Of a stretch of 64,000 nucleotides of DNA, positions 12,001 through 26,254 are shown piece after piece (within the stretch, counting starts at the first letter, position 1; every line of letters begins with the position of its first letter). Under the pieces are notes generated by a model that was not told the DNA's origin, searched no databases, and saw only the letters and a list, made by a program, of their open reading frames with translations. The position numbers and the translations under genes were made by a program. The DNA is from Mobula hypostoma. Taxonomy: Eukaryota. The stretch covers positions 3,844,001-3,908,000 of the forward strand of contig NC_086108.1 of the NCBI RefSeq assembly GCF_963921235.1. Direction: 5' to 3'.

Positions 12001-15000
12001 CAGGAGCCTGATGGCTGTGGGGTAATAACTGTTCCTGAACCTGGTGGTGTGGGACCTGAGGCTCATTGTGGTGAGTGAAGTTATCCACACTGGTTCAGGA
12101 GCCTGATGGTTGTGGGGTAATAACTGTTCCTGAACCTGGTGGTGTGGGACCTGAGGCTCATTGTGGTGGGTGAAGTTATCCACACTGGTTCAGGAGCCTG
12201 ATGGTTGTGGGGTAATAACTGTTCCTGAACCTGCTGGTGTGGAACCTGAGGCTCATTGTGGTGAGTGAAGTTATCCACACTGGTTCAGGAGCCTGATGGT
12301 TGTGGGGTAATAACTGTTCCTGAACCTGCTGGTGTGGGACCTGAGGCTCATTGTGGGGAGTGAAGTTATCCACACTGGTTCAGGAGCCTGATGTTTGTGG
12401 GGTAATAACTGTTCCTGAACCTGGTGGTGTGGGACCTGAGGCTCATTGTGGTGAGTGAAGTTATCCATACTGGTTCAGGAGCCTGACGGTTGTGGGGTAA
12501 TAACTGTTCCTGAACCTGCTGGTGTGGGACCTGAGGCTCATTGTGGTGAGTGAAGTTATCCACACTGGTTCAGGAGCCTGACGGTTGTGGGGTAATAACT
12601 GTTCCTGAACCTGCTGGTGTGGGACCTGAGGCTCATTGTGGTGAGTGAAGTTATCCACACTGGTTCAGGAGCCTGATGGTTGTGGGGTAATAACTGTTCC
12701 TGAACCTTGTGGTGTGGGACCTGAGGCTCATTGTGGTGAGTGAAGTTATCCACACTGGTTCAGGAGCCCGATGGTTGTGGGGTAATAATTGTTCCTGAAC
12801 CTGGTGGTGTGGGACCTGAGGCTCATTGTGGTGAGTGAAGTTATCCACACTGGTTCAGGAGCCCGATGGTTGTGGGGTAATAACTGTTCCTGAAGCTGGC
12901 GGTGTGGGACCTGAGGCTCATTGTGGTGGGTGAAGTTATCCACACTGGTTCAGGAGCCTGATGGTTGTGGGGTAATAACTGTTCCTGAACCTGCTGGTGT
13001 GGGACCTGAGGCTCATTGTGGTGGGTGAAGTTATCCACACTGGTTCAGGAGCCTGATGGTTGTGGGGTAATAACTGTTCCTGAACCTGCTGGTGTGGGAC
13101 CTGAGGCTCATTGTGGGGAGTGAAGTTATCCACACTGGTTCAGGAGCCTGATGGTTGTGGGGTAATAACTGTTCCTGAACCTGCTGGTTTGGGACCTGAG
13201 GCTCATTGTGGGGAGTGAAGTTATCCACACTGGTTCAGGAGCCTGATGGTTGTGGGGTAATAACTGTTCCTGAACCTGCTGGTGTGGGACCTGAGGCTCA
13301 TTGTGGTGAGTGAAGTTATCCACACTGGTTCAGGAGCCTGATGGTTGTGGGGTAATAACTGTTCCTGAACCTGCTGGTGTGGGACCTGAGGCTCATTGTG
13401 GTGAGTGAAGTTATCCACACTGGTTCAGGAGCCTGATGGTTGTGGGGTAATAACTGTTCCTGAACCTGCTGGTGTGGGACCTGAGGCTCATTGTGGGGAA
13501 TGAAGTTATCCACACTGGTTCAGGAGCCTGATGGTTGTGGGGTAATAACTGTTCCTGAACCTGCCGGTGTGGGACATGAGGCTCATTGTGGTGAGTGAAG
13601 TTATCCACACTGGTTCAGGAGCCTGATGGTTGTGGGGTAATAACTGTTCCTGAACCTGGTGGTGTGGGACCTCATTGTGGTGAGTGAAGTTATCCACACT
13701 GGTTCAGGAGCCTGATGGCTGTGGGGTAATAACTGTTCCTGAACCTGGTGGTGTGGGACCTGAGGCTCATTGTGGTGAGTGAAGTTATCCACACTGGTTC
13801 AGGAGCCTGATGGTTGTGGGGTAATAACTGTTCCTGAACCTTGTGGTGTGGGACCTGAGGCTCATTGTGGTGGGTGAAGTTATCCACACTGGTTCAGGAG
13901 CCTGATGGTTGTGGGGTAATAACTGTTCCTGAACCTGCTGGTGTGGGACCTGAGGCTCATTGTGGTGAGTGAAGTTATCCACACTGGTTCAGGAGCCTGA
14001 TGGTTGTGGGGTAATAACTGTTCCTGAACCTGCTGGTGTGGGACCTGAGGCTTATTGTGGTGGGTGAAGTTATCCACACTGGTTCAGGAGCCCGATGGTT
14101 GTGGGGTAATAACTGTTCCTGAAGCTGGCGGTGTGGGACCTGAGGCTCATTGTGGTGGTGAAGTTATCCACACTGGTTCAGGAGCCCGATGGTTGTGGGG
14201 TAATAACTGTTCCTCAACCTGCTGGTGTGGGACCTGAGGCTCATTGTGGTGGGTGAAGTTATCCACACTGGTTCAGGAGCCTGATGGTTGTGGGGTAATA
14301 ACTGTTCCTGAACCTGCTGGTGTGGGACCTGAGGCTCATTGTGGTGGGTGAAGTTATCCACACTGGTTCAGGAGCCTGATGGTTGTGGGGTAATAACTGT
14401 TCCTGAACCTGCTGGTGTGGGACCTGAGGCTCATTGTGGTGGGTGAAGTTATCCACACCGGTTCAGGAGCCTGATGGTTGTGGGGTAATAACTGTTCCTG
14501 AACCTGCTGGTGTGGGACCTGAGGCTCATTGTGGGGATTGAAGTTATCCACACTGGTTCAGGAGCCTGATGGTTGTGGGGTAATAACTGTTCCTGAACCT
14601 GCTGGTGTGGGACCTGAGGCTCATTGTGGGGAGTGAAGTTATCCACACTGGTTCAGGAGCCTGATGGTTGTGGGGTAATAACTGTTCCTGAACCTGCTGG
14701 TGTGGGACCTGAGTCTCATTGTGGTGAGTGAAGTTATCCACACTGGTTCAGGAGCCTGATGGTTGTGGGGTAATAACTGTTCCTGAACCTGCTGGTGTGG
14801 GACCTCAGTGTGGTGAGTGAAGTTATCCACACTGGTTCAGGAGCCTGATGGCTGTGGGGTAATAACTGTTCCTGAACCTGGTGGTGTGGGACCTGAGGCT
14901 CATTGTGGTGAGTGAAGTTATCCACACTGGTTCAGGAGCCTGATGGTTGTGGGGTAATAACTGTTCCTGAACCTGGTGGTGTGGGACCTGAGGCTCATTG

Positions 15001-18000
15001 TGGTGGGTGAAGTTATCCACACTGGTTCAGGAGCCTGATGGTTGTGGGGTAATAACTGTTCCTGAACCTGCTTGTGTGGAACCTGAGGCTCATTGTGGTG
15101 AGTGAAGTTATCCACACTGGTTCAGGAGCCTGATGGTTGTGGGGTAATAACTGTTCCTGAACCTGCTGGTGTGGGACCTGAGGCTCATTGTGGGGAGTGA
15201 AGTTATCCACACTGGTTCAGGAGCCTGATGGTTGTGGGGTAATAACTGTTCCTGAACCTGCTGGTGTGGGACCTGAGGCTCATTGTGGGGAGTGAAGTTA
15301 TCCACACTGGTTCAGGAGCCTGATGGTTGTGGGGTAATAACTGTTCCTGAACCTGGTGGTGTGGGACCTGAGGCTCATTGTGGTGAGTGAAGTTATCCAC
15401 ACTGGTTCAGGAGCCTGACGGTTGTGGGGTAATAACTGTTCCTGAACCTGGTGGTGTGGGACCTGAGGCTCATTGTGGTGAGTGAAGTTATCCACACTGG
15501 TTCAGGAGCCTGATGGTTGTGGGGTAATAACTGTTCCTGAACCTTGTGGTGTGGGACCTGAGGCTCATTGTGGTGAGTGAAGTTATCCACACTGGTTCAG
15601 GAGCCCGATGGTTGTGGGGTAATAATTGTTCCTGAACCTGGTGGTGTGGGACCTGAGGCTCATTGTGGTGAGTGAAGTTATCCACACTGGTTCAGGAGCC
15701 TGATGGTTGTGGGGTAATAACTGTTCCTGAAGCTGGCGGTGTGGGACCTGAGGCTCATTGTGGTGAGTGAAGTTATCCACACTGGTTCAGGAGCCTGATG
15801 GTTGTGGGGTAATAACTGTTCCTGAACCTGGTGGTGTGGGACCTGAGGCTCATTGTGGTGGGTGAAGTTATCCACACTGGTTCAGGAGCCTGATGGTTGT
15901 GGGGTAATAACTGTTCCTGAACCTGGTGGTGTGGGACCTGAGGCTCATTGTGGTGGGTGAAGTTATCCACACTGGTTCAGGAGCCTGATGGTTGTGGGGT
16001 AATAATTGTTCCTGAAGCTGGCGGTGTGGGACCTAAGAATCATTGTGGTGGGTGAAGTTATCCACACTGGTTCAGGAGCCCGATGGTTGTGGGGTAATAA
16101 CTATTCCTGAACCTTCTGGTGTGGGACCTGAGGCTCATTGTGGTGAGTGAAGTTATCCACTTTGGTTCAGGAGCCTGATGTTTGTGGGGTAATAACTGTT
16201 CCTGAACCTGCTGGAGTGGGACCTGAGGCTCATTGTGGGGAGTTAAGTTATCCACACTGGTTCAGGAGCCTGATGGTTGTGGGGTAATAACTGTTCCTGA
16301 ACCTGCTGGTGTGGGACCTGAGGCTCATTGTGGTGAGTGAAGTTATCCACACTGGTTCAGGAGCCTGATGGTTTTGGGGTAATAACTGTTCCTGAACCTG
16401 CTGGTGTGGGACCTGAGGCTCATTGTGGTGGGTGAAGTTATCCACACTGGTTCAGGAGCCTGATGGTTGTGGGGTAATAACTGTTCCTGAACCTTCTGGT
16501 CTGGGACCTGAGGCTGATTGTGGTGAGTGAAGTTATCCACACTGGTTCAGGAGCCTGATGGTTGTGGGGTAATAACTGTTCCTGAACCTGGTGGTGTGGG
16601 ACCTGAGGCTCATTGTGGTGAGTGAAGTTATCCACACTGGTTCAGGAGCCTGACGGTTGTGGGGTAATAACTGTTCCTGAACCTGGTGGTGTGGGACCTG
16701 AGGCTCATTGTGGTGAGTGAAATTATCCACACTGGTTCAGGAGCCTGACGGTTGTGGGGTAATAATTGTTCCTGAAGCTGGCGGTGTGGGACCTAAGGCT
16801 CATTGTGGTGGGTGAAGTTATCCACACTGGTTCAGGAGCCCGATGGTTGTGGGGTAATAACTGTTCCTGAACCTGCTGGTGTGGGACCTGAGGCTCATTG
16901 TGGTGGGTGAAGTTATCCACACTGGTTCAGGAGCCTGGTGGTTGAGGGGTAATAACTGTTCCTGAACCTGCTGGTGAGGGACCTGAGGCTCATTGTGGTG
17001 AGTGAAGTTATCCACACTGGTTCAGGAGCCTGATGGTTGTGGGGTAATAACTGTTCCTGAACCTGCTGGTGTGGGACCTGAGGCTCATTGTGGGGAGTGA
17101 AGTTATCCACACTGGTTCAGGAGCCTGATGGTTGTGGGGTAATAACTGTTCCTGAACCTGCTGGTGTGGGACCTGAGGCTCATTGTGGTGAGTGAAGTTA
17201 TCCACACTGGTTCAGGAGCCTGATGGTTGTGGGGTAATAACTGTTCCTGAACCTGGTGGTGTGGGACCTCATTGTGGTGAGTGAAGTTATCCACACTGGT
17301 TCAGGAGCCTGATGGCTGTGGGGTAATAACTGTTGCTGAACCTGCTGGTGTGGGACCTGAGGCTCATTGTGGTGAGTGAAGTTATCCACACTGGTTCAGG
17401 AGCCTGATGGTTGTGGGGTAATAACTGTTCCTGAACCTGCTGGTGTGGGACCTGAGGCTCATTGTGGTGGGTGAAGTTATCCACACTGGTTCAGGAGCCT
17501 GATGGTTGTGGGGTAATAACTGTTCCTGAACCTGCTGGTGTGGGACCTGAGGCTCATTGTGGTGAGTGAAGTTATCCACACTGGTTCAGGAGCCTGATGG
17601 TTGTGGGGTAATAACTGTTCCTGAACCTTCTGGTGTGGGATCTGAGGCTCATTGTGGTGAGTGAAGTTATCCACACTGGTTCAGGAGCCTGATGGTTGTG
17701 GGGTAATAACTGTTCCTGAACCTTCTGGTGTGGGACCTGAGGCTCATTGTGGGGAGTGAAGTTATCCACACTGGTTCAGGAGCCTGATGGTTGTGGGGTA
17801 ATAACTGTTCCTGAACCTGGTGGTGTGGGACCTGAGGCTCATTGTGGGGAGTGAAGTTATCCACACTGGTTCAGGAACCTGACGGTTGTGGGGTAATAAC
17901 TGTTCCTGAACCTGGTGGTGTGGGACCTGAGGCTCATTGTGGTGAGTGAAGTTATCCACACTGGTTCAGGAGCCTGACGGTTGTGGGGTAATAACTGTTC

Positions 18001-21000
18001 CTGAACCTGGTGGTGTGGGACCTGAGGCTCATTGTGGTGAGTGAAATTATCCACACTGGTTCAGGAGCCTGACGGTTGTGGGGTAATAATTGTTCCTGAA
18101 CCTGATGGTGTGGGACCTGAGGCTCATTGTGGTGAGTGAAGTTATCCACACTGGTTCAGGAGCCTGATGGTTGTGGGGTAATAACTGTTTCTGAACCTGG
18201 CGGTGTGGGACCTGAGGCTCATTGTGGTGGGTGAAGTTATCCACACTGGTTCAGGAGCCTGATGGTTGTGGGGTAATAACTGTTCCTGAACCTGGCGGTG
18301 TGGGACCTGAGGCTCATTGTGGTGGGTGAAGTTATCCACACTGGTTCAGGAGCCTGATGGTTGTGGGGTAATAACTGTTCCTGAACCTGCTGGTGTGGGA
18401 CCTGAGGCTCATTGTGGTGGGTGAAGTTATCCACACTGGTTCAGGAGCCCGATGGTTGTGGGGTAATAATTGTTCCCGAACCTGGTGGTGTGGGACCTGA
18501 GGCTCATTGTGGTGAGTGAAGTTATCCACACTGGTTCAGGAGCCTGATGGTTGTGGGGTAATAACTGTTCCTGAACCTGGTGGTGTGGGACCTCATTGTG
18601 GTGAGTGAAGTTATCCACACTGGTTCAGGAGCCTGATGGCTGTGGGGTAATAACTGTTCCTGAATCTGCTGGTGTGGGACCTGAGGCTCATTGTGGTGGG
18701 TGAAGTTATCCACACTGGTTCAGGAGCCTGATGGTTGTGGGGTAATAACTGTTCCTGAACCTTCTGGTCTGGGACCTGAGGCTGATTGTGGTGAGTGAAG
18801 TTATCCACACTGGTTCAGGAGCCTGATGGTTGTGGGGTAATAACTGTTCCTGAACCTGGTGGTGTGGGACCTGAGGCTCATTGTGGTGAGTGAAGTTATC
18901 CACACTGGTTCAGGAGCCTGACGGTTGTGGGGTAATAACTGTTCCTGAACCTGGTGGTGTGGGACCTGAGGCTCATTGTGGTGAGTGAAATTATCCACAC
19001 TGGTTCAGGAGCCTGACGGTTGTGGGGTAATAATTGTTCCTGAAGCTGGCGGTGTGGGACCTAAGGCTCATTGTGGTGGGTGAAGTTATCCACACTGGTT
19101 CAGGAGCCCGATGGTTGTGGGGTAATAACTGTTCCTGAACCTGCTGGTGTGGGACCTGAGGCTCATTGTGGTGGGTGAAGTTATCCACACTGGTTCAGGA
19201 GCCTGGTGGTTGAGGGGTAATAACTGTTCCTGAACCTGCTGGTGAGGGACCTGAGGCTCATTGTGGTGAGTGAAGTTATCCACACTGGTTCAGGAGCCTG
19301 ATGGTTGTGGGGTAATAACTGTTCCTGAACCTGCTGGTGTGGGACCTGAGGCTCATTGTGGGGAGTGAAGTTATCCACACTGGTTCAGGAGCCTGATGGT
19401 TGTGGGGTAATAACTGTTCCTGAACCTGCTGGTGTGGGACCTGAGGCTCATTGTGGTGAGTGAAGTTATCCACACTGGTTCAGGAGCCTGATGGTTGTGG
19501 GGTAATAACTGTTCCTGAACCTGGTGGTGTGGGACCTCATTGTGGTGAGTTAAGTTATCCACACTGGTTCAGGAGCCTGATGGCTGTGGGGTAATAACTG
19601 TTGCTGAACCTGCTGGTGTGGGACCTGAGGCTCATTGTGGTGAGTGAAGTTATCCACACTGGTTCAGGAGCCTGATGGTTGTGGGGTAATAACTGTTCCT
19701 GAACCTGCTGGTGTGGGACCTGAGGCTCATTGTGGTGGGTGAAGTTATCCACACTGGTTCAGGAGCCTGATGGTTGTGGGGTAATAACTGTTCCTGAACC
19801 TGCTGGTGTGGGACCTGAGGCTCATTGTGGTGAGTGAAGTTATCCACACTGGTTCAGGAGCCTGATGGTTGTGGGGTAATAACTGTTCCTGAACCTTCTG
19901 GTGTGGGATCTGAGGCTCATTGTGGTGAGTGAAGTTATCCACACTGGTTCAGGAGCCTGATGGTTGTGGGGTAATAACTGTTCCTGAACCTTCTGGTGTG
20001 GGACCTGAGGCTCATTGTGGGGAGTGAAGTTATCCACACTGGTTCAGGAGCCTGATGGTTGTGGGGTAATAACTGTTCCTGAACCTGGTGGTGTGGGACC
20101 TGAGGCTCATTGTGGGGAGTGAAGTTATCCACACTGGTTCAGGAACCTGACGGTTGTGGGGTAATAACTGTTCCTGAACCTGGTGGTGTGGGACCTGAGG
20201 CTCATTGTGGTGAGTGAAGTTATCCACACTGGTTCAGGAGCCTGACGGTTGTGGGGTAATAACTGTTCCTGAACCTGGTGGTGTGGGACCTGAGGCTCAT
20301 TGTGGTGAGTGAAATTATCCACACTGGTTCAGGAGCCTGACGGTTGTGGGGTAATAATTGTTCCTGAACCTGATGGTGTGGGACCTGAGGCTCATTGTGG
20401 TGAGTGAAGTTATCCACACTGGTTCAGGAGCCTGATGGTTGTGGGGTAATAACTGTTTCTGAACCTGGCGGTGTGGGACCTGAGGCTCATTGTGGTGGGT
20501 GAAGTTATCCACACTGGTTCAGGAGCCTGATGGTTGTGGGGTAATAACTGTTCCTGAACCTGGCGGTGTGGGACCTGAGGCTCATTGTGGTGGGTGAAGT
20601 TATCCACACTGGTTCAGGAGCCTGATGGTTGTGGGGTAATAACTGTTCCTGAACCTGCTGGTGTGGGACCTGAGGCTCATTGTGGTGGGTGAAGTTATCC
20701 ACACTGGTTCAGGAGCCCGATGGTTGTGGGGTAATAATTGTTCCCGAACCTGGTGGTGTGGGACCTGAGGCTCATTGTGGTGAGTGAAGTTATCCACACT
20801 GGTTCAGGAGCCTGATGGTTGTGGGGTAATAACTGTTCCTGAACCTGGTGGTGTGGGACCTCATTGTGGTGAGTGAAGTTATCCACACTGGTTCAGGAGC
20901 CTGATGGCTGTGGGGTAATAACTGTTCCTGAATCTGCTGGTGTGGGACCTGAGGCTCATTGTGGTGAGTGAAGTTATCCACACTGGTTCAGGAGCCTGAT

Positions 21001-24000
21001 GGTTGTGGGGTAATAACTGTTCCTGAACCTGCTGGTGTGGGAGCTGAGGCTCATTGTGGTGGGTGAAGTTATCCACACTGGTTCAGGAGCCTGATGGTTG
21101 TGGGGTAATAACTGTTCCTGAACCTGCTGGTGTGGGACCTGAGGCTCATTGTGGTGAGTGAAGTTATCCACACTGGTTCAGGAGCCTGATGGTTGTGGGG
21201 TAATAACTGTTCCTGAACCTTCTGGTGTGGGACCTGAGGCTCATTGTGGTGAGTGAAGTTATCCACACTGGTTCAGGAGCCTGATGGTTGTGGGGTAATA
21301 ACTGTTCCTGAACCTTCTGGTGTGGGACCTGAGGCTCATTGTGGGGAGTGAAGTTATCCACACTGGTTCAGGAGCCTGATGGTTGTGGGGTAATAACTGT
21401 TCCTGAACCTGGTGGTGTGGGACCTGAGGCTCATTGTGGGGAGTGAAGTTATCCACACTGGTTCAGGAACCTGACGGTTGTGGGGTAATAACTGTTCCTG
21501 ATACTGGTGGTGTGGGACCTGAGGCTCATTGTGGTGAGTGAAGTTATCCACACTGTTTCAGGAGCCTGACGGTTGTGGGGTAATAACTGTTCCTGAACCT
21601 GGTGGTGTGGGACCTGAGGCTCATTGTGGTGAGTGAAATTATCCACACTGGTTCAGGAGCCTGACGGTTGTGGGGTAATAATTGTTCCTGAACCTGGTGG
21701 TGTGGGACCTGAGGCTCATTGTGGTGAGTGAAGTTATCCACACTGGTTCAGGAGCCTGATGGTTGTGGGGTAATAACTGTTCCTGAACCTGGCGGTGTGG
21801 GACCTGAGGCTCATTGTGGTGGGTGAAGTTATCCACACTGGTTCAGGAGCCTGATGGTTGTGGGGTAATAACTGTTCCTGAACCTGGCGGTGTGGGACCT
21901 GAGGCTCATTGTGGTGGGTGAAGTTATCCACACTGGTTCAGGAGCCTGATGGTTGTGGGGTAATAACTGTTCCTGAACAAGCTGGTGTGGGACCTGAGGC
22001 TCATTGTGGTGGGTGAAGTTATCCACACTGGTTCAGGAGCCCGATGGTTGTGGGGTAATAATTGTTCCCGAACCTGGTGGTGTGGGACCTGAGGCTCATT
22101 GTGGTGAGTGAAGTTATCCATACTGGTTCAGGAGCCCGATGGTTGTGGGGTAATAACTGTTCCCGAACCTGGTGGTGTGGGACCTGAGGCTCATTGTGGT
22201 GAGTGAAGTTATCCACACTGGTTCAGGAGCCCGATGGTTGTGGGGTAATAACTGTTCCTGAACCTGGTGGTGTGGGACCTGAGGCTCATTGTGGTGGGTG
22301 AAGTTATCCACACTGGTTCAGGAGCCTGATGGTTGTGGGGTAATAACTGTTCCTGAACCTGGTGGTGTGGGACCTGAGGCTCATTGTGGTGGGTGAAGTT
22401 ATCCACACTGGTTCAGGAGCCTGATGGTTGTGGGGTAATAACTGTTCCTGAACCTGGTGGTGTGAGACCTGAGGCTCATTGTGGTGAGTGAAGTTATCCA
22501 CACTGGTTCAGGAGCCTGATGGTTGTGGGGTAATAACTGTTCCTGAACCTGGTGGTGTGGGACCTGAGGCTCATTGTGGTGAGTGAAGTTATCCACACTG
22601 GTTCCGGAGCCTGACGGTTGTGGGGTAATAACTGTTCCTGAACCTGGTGGTGTGGGACCTGAGGCTCATTGTGGTGGGTGAAGTTATCCACACTGTTTCA
22701 GGAGCCTGGTGGTTGAGGGGTAATAACTGTTCCTGAACCTGCTGGTGTGGGACCTGAGGCTCATTGTGGTGAGTGAAGTTATCCACACTGGTTCAGGAGC
22801 CTGATGGTTGTGGGGTAATAACTGTTCCTGAACCTGCTGGTGTGGGACCTGAGGCTCATTGTGGGGAGTGAAGTTATCCACACTGGTTCAGGAGCCTGAT
22901 GGTTGTGGGGTAATAACTGTTCCTGAACCTGCTGGTGTGGGACCTGAGGCTCATTGTGGTGAGTGAAGTTATCCACACTGGTTCAGGAGCCTGATGGTTG
23001 TGGGGTAATAACTGTTCCTGAACCTGGTGGTGTGGGACCTCATTGTGGTGAGTTAAGTTATCCACACTGGTTCAGGAGCCTGATGGCTGTGGGGTAATAA
23101 CTGTTGCTGAACCTGCTGGTGTGGGACCTGAGGCTCATTGTGGTGAGTGAAGTTATCCACACTGGTTCAGGAGCCTGATGGTTGTGGGGTAATAACTGTT
23201 CCTGAACCTGCTGGTGTGGGACCTGAGGCTCATTGTGGTGGGTGAAGTTATCCACACTGGTTCAGGAGCCTGATGGTTGTGGGGTAATAACTGTTCCTGA
23301 ACCTGCTGGTGTGGGACCTGAGGCTCATTGTGGTGAGTGAAGTTATCCACACTGGTTCAGGAGCCTGATGGTTGTGGGGTAATAACTGTTCCTGAACCTT
23401 CTGGTGTGGGACCTGAGGCTCATTGTGGTGAGTGAAGTTATCCACACTGGTTCAGGAGCCTGATGGTTGTGGGGTAATAACTGTTCCTGAACCTTCTGGT
23501 GTGGGACCTGAGGCTCATTGTGGGGAGTGAAGTTATCCACACTGGTTCAGGAGCCTGATGGTTGTGGGGTAATAACTGTTCCTGAACCTGGTGGTGTGGG
23601 ACCTGAGGCTCATTGTGGGGAGTGAAGTTATCCACACTGGTTCAGGAACCTGACGGTTGTGGGGTAATAACTGTTCCTGAACCTGGTGGTGTGGGACCTG
23701 AGGCTCATTGTGGTGAGTGAAGTTATCCACACTGGTTCAGGAGCCTGACGGTTGTGGGGTAATAACTGTTCCTGAACCTGGTGGTGTGGGACCTGAGGCT
23801 CATTGTGGTGAGTGAAATTATCCACACTGGTTCAGGAGCCTGACGGTTGTGGGGTAATAATTGTTCCTGAACCTGGTGGTGTGGGACCTGAGGCTCATTG
23901 TGGTGAGTGAAGTTATCCACACTGGTTCAGGAGCCTGATGGTTGTGGGGTAATAACTGTTTCTGAACCTGGCGGTGTGGGACCTGAGGCTCATTGTGGTG

Positions 24001-26254
24001 GGTGAAGTTATCCACACTGGTTCAGGAGCCTGATGGTTGTGGGGTAATAACTGTTCCTGAACCTGGCGGTGTGGGACCTGAGGCTCATTGTGGTGGGTGA
24101 AGTTATCCACACTGGTTCAGGAGCCTGATGGTTGTGGGGTAATAACTGTTCCTGAACCTGCTGGTGTGGGACCTGAGGCTCATTGTGGTGGGTGAAGTTA
24201 TCCACACTGGTTCAGGAGCCCGATGGTTGTGGGGTAATAATTGTTCCCGAACCTGGTGGTGTGGGACCTGAGGCTCATTGTGGTGAGTGAAGTTATCCAC
24301 ACTGGTTCAGGAGCCTGATGGTTGTGGGGTAATAACTGTTCCTGAACCTGGTGGTGTGGGACCTCATTGTGGTGAGTGAAGTTATCCACACTGGTTCAGG
24401 AGCCTGATGGCTGTGGGGTAATAACTGTTCCTGAATCTGCTGGTGTGGGACCTGAGGCTCATTGTGGTGAGTGAAGTTATCCACACTGGTTCAGGAGCCT
24501 GATGGTTGTGGGGTAATAACTGTTCCTGAACCTGCTGGTGTGGGAGCTGAGGCTCATTGTGGTGGGTGAAGTTATCCACACTGGTTCAGGAGCCTGATGG
24601 TTGTGGGGTAATAACTGTTCCTGAACCTGCTGGTGTGGGACCTGAGGCTCATTGTGGTGAGTGAAGTTATCCACACTGGTTCAGGAGCCTGATGGTTGTG
24701 GGGTAATAACTGTTCCTGAACCTTCTGGTGTGGGACCTGAGGCTCATTGTGGTGAGTGAAGTTATCCACACTGGTTCAGGAGCCTGATGGTTGTGGGGTA
24801 ATAACTGTTCCTGAACCTTCTGGTGTGGGACCTGAGGCTCATTGTGGGGAGTGAAGTTATCCACACTGGTTCAGGAGCCTGATGGTTGTGGGGTAATAAC
24901 TGTTCCTGAACCTGGTGGTGTGGGACCTGAGGCTCATTGTGGGGAGTGAAGTTATCCACACTGGTTCAGGAACCTGACGGTTGTGGGGTAATAACTGTTC
25001 CTGATACTGGTGGTGTGGGACCTGAGGCTCATTGTGGTGAGTGAAGTTATCCACACTGGTTCAGGAGCCTGACGGTTGTGGGGTAATAACTGTTCCTGAA
25101 CCTGGTGGTGTGGGACCTGAGGCTCATTGTGGTGAGTGAAATTATCCACACTGGTTCAGGAGCCTGACGGTTGTGGGGTAATAATTGTTCCTGAACCTGG
25201 TGGTGTGGGACCTGAGGCTCATTGTGGTGAGTGAAGTTATCCACACTGGTTCAGGAGCCTGATGGTTGTGGGGTAATAACTGTTCCTGAACCTGGCGGTG
25301 TGGGACCTGAGGCTCATTGTGGTGGGTGAAGTTATCCACACTGGTTCAGGAGCCTGATGGTTGTGGGGTAATAACTGTTCCTGAACCTGGCGGTGTGGGA
25401 CCTGAGGCTCATTGTGGTGGGTGAAGTTATCCACACTGGTTCAGGAGCCTGATGGTTGTGGGGTAATAACTGTTCCTGAACCTGCTGGTGTGGGACCTGA
25501 GGCTCATTGTGGTGGGTGAAGTTATCCACACTGGTTCAGGAGCCCGATGGTTGTGGGGTAATAATTGTTCCCGAACCTGGTGGTGTGGGACCTGAGGCTC
25601 ATTGTGGTGAGTGAAGTTATCCATACTGGTTCAGGAGCCCGATGGTTGTGGGGTAATAACTGTTCCCGAACCTGGTGGTGTGGGACCTGAGGCTCATTGT
25701 GGTGAGTGAAGTTATCCACACTGGTTCAGGAGCCCGATGGTTGTGGGGTAATAACTGTTCCTGAACCTGGTGGTGTGGGACCTGCGGCTCATTGTGGTGG
25801 GTGAAGTTATCCACACTGGTTCAGGAGCCTGATGGTTGTGGGGTAATAACTGTTCCTGAACCTGGTGGTGTGGGACCTGAGGCTCATTGTGGTGGGTGAA
25901 GTTATCCACACTGGTTCAGGAGCCTGATGGTTGTGGGGTAATAACTGTTCCTGAACCTGGTGGTGTGAGACCTGAGGCTCATTGTGGTGAGTGAAGTTAT
26001 CCACACTGGTTCAGGAGCCTGATGGTTGTGGGGTAATAACTGTTCCTGAACCTGGTGGTGTGGGACCTGAGGCTCATTGTGGTGAGTGAAGTTATCCACA
26101 CTGGTTCCGGAGCCTGACGGTTGTGGGGTAATAACTGTTCCTGAACCTGGTGGTGTGGGACCTGAGGCTCATTGTGGTGAGTGAAGTTATCCACACTGGT
26201 TCAGGAGCCTGATGGTTGTGGGGTAATAATTGTTCCTGAACCTGGTGGTGTGGG
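1..26254 (-). repeat. 95-bp tandem satellite (about 275-280 monomers, with 89-bp deletion variants) derived from a Rex1/Babar-type LINE ORF2 3' end; continues beyond the window start
   Basis: Consensus GTTATCCACACTGGTTCAGGAGCCTGATGGTTGTGGGGTAATAACTGTTCCTGAACCTGSTGGTGTGGGACCTGAGGCTCATTGTGGTGRGTGAA repeats with a 95-bp period (ORF track steps of 95 or 89). The minus strand reads RSHTTRFRNSYYPTTIRLLNQCG*. Confidence 0.98.

Noticed and set aside
80..26194. Hundreds of 63-65 aa ORFs (MDNFTHHNEPQ...) as a tandem gene family
   Set aside because: They start at GTG, overlap each other and simply read through two 95-bp monomers in shifting frames; artefact of the satellite.
1..26254. CRISPR-like array
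   Set aside because: No unique spacers, the whole unit repeats, there are no cas genes, and the context is eukaryotic.
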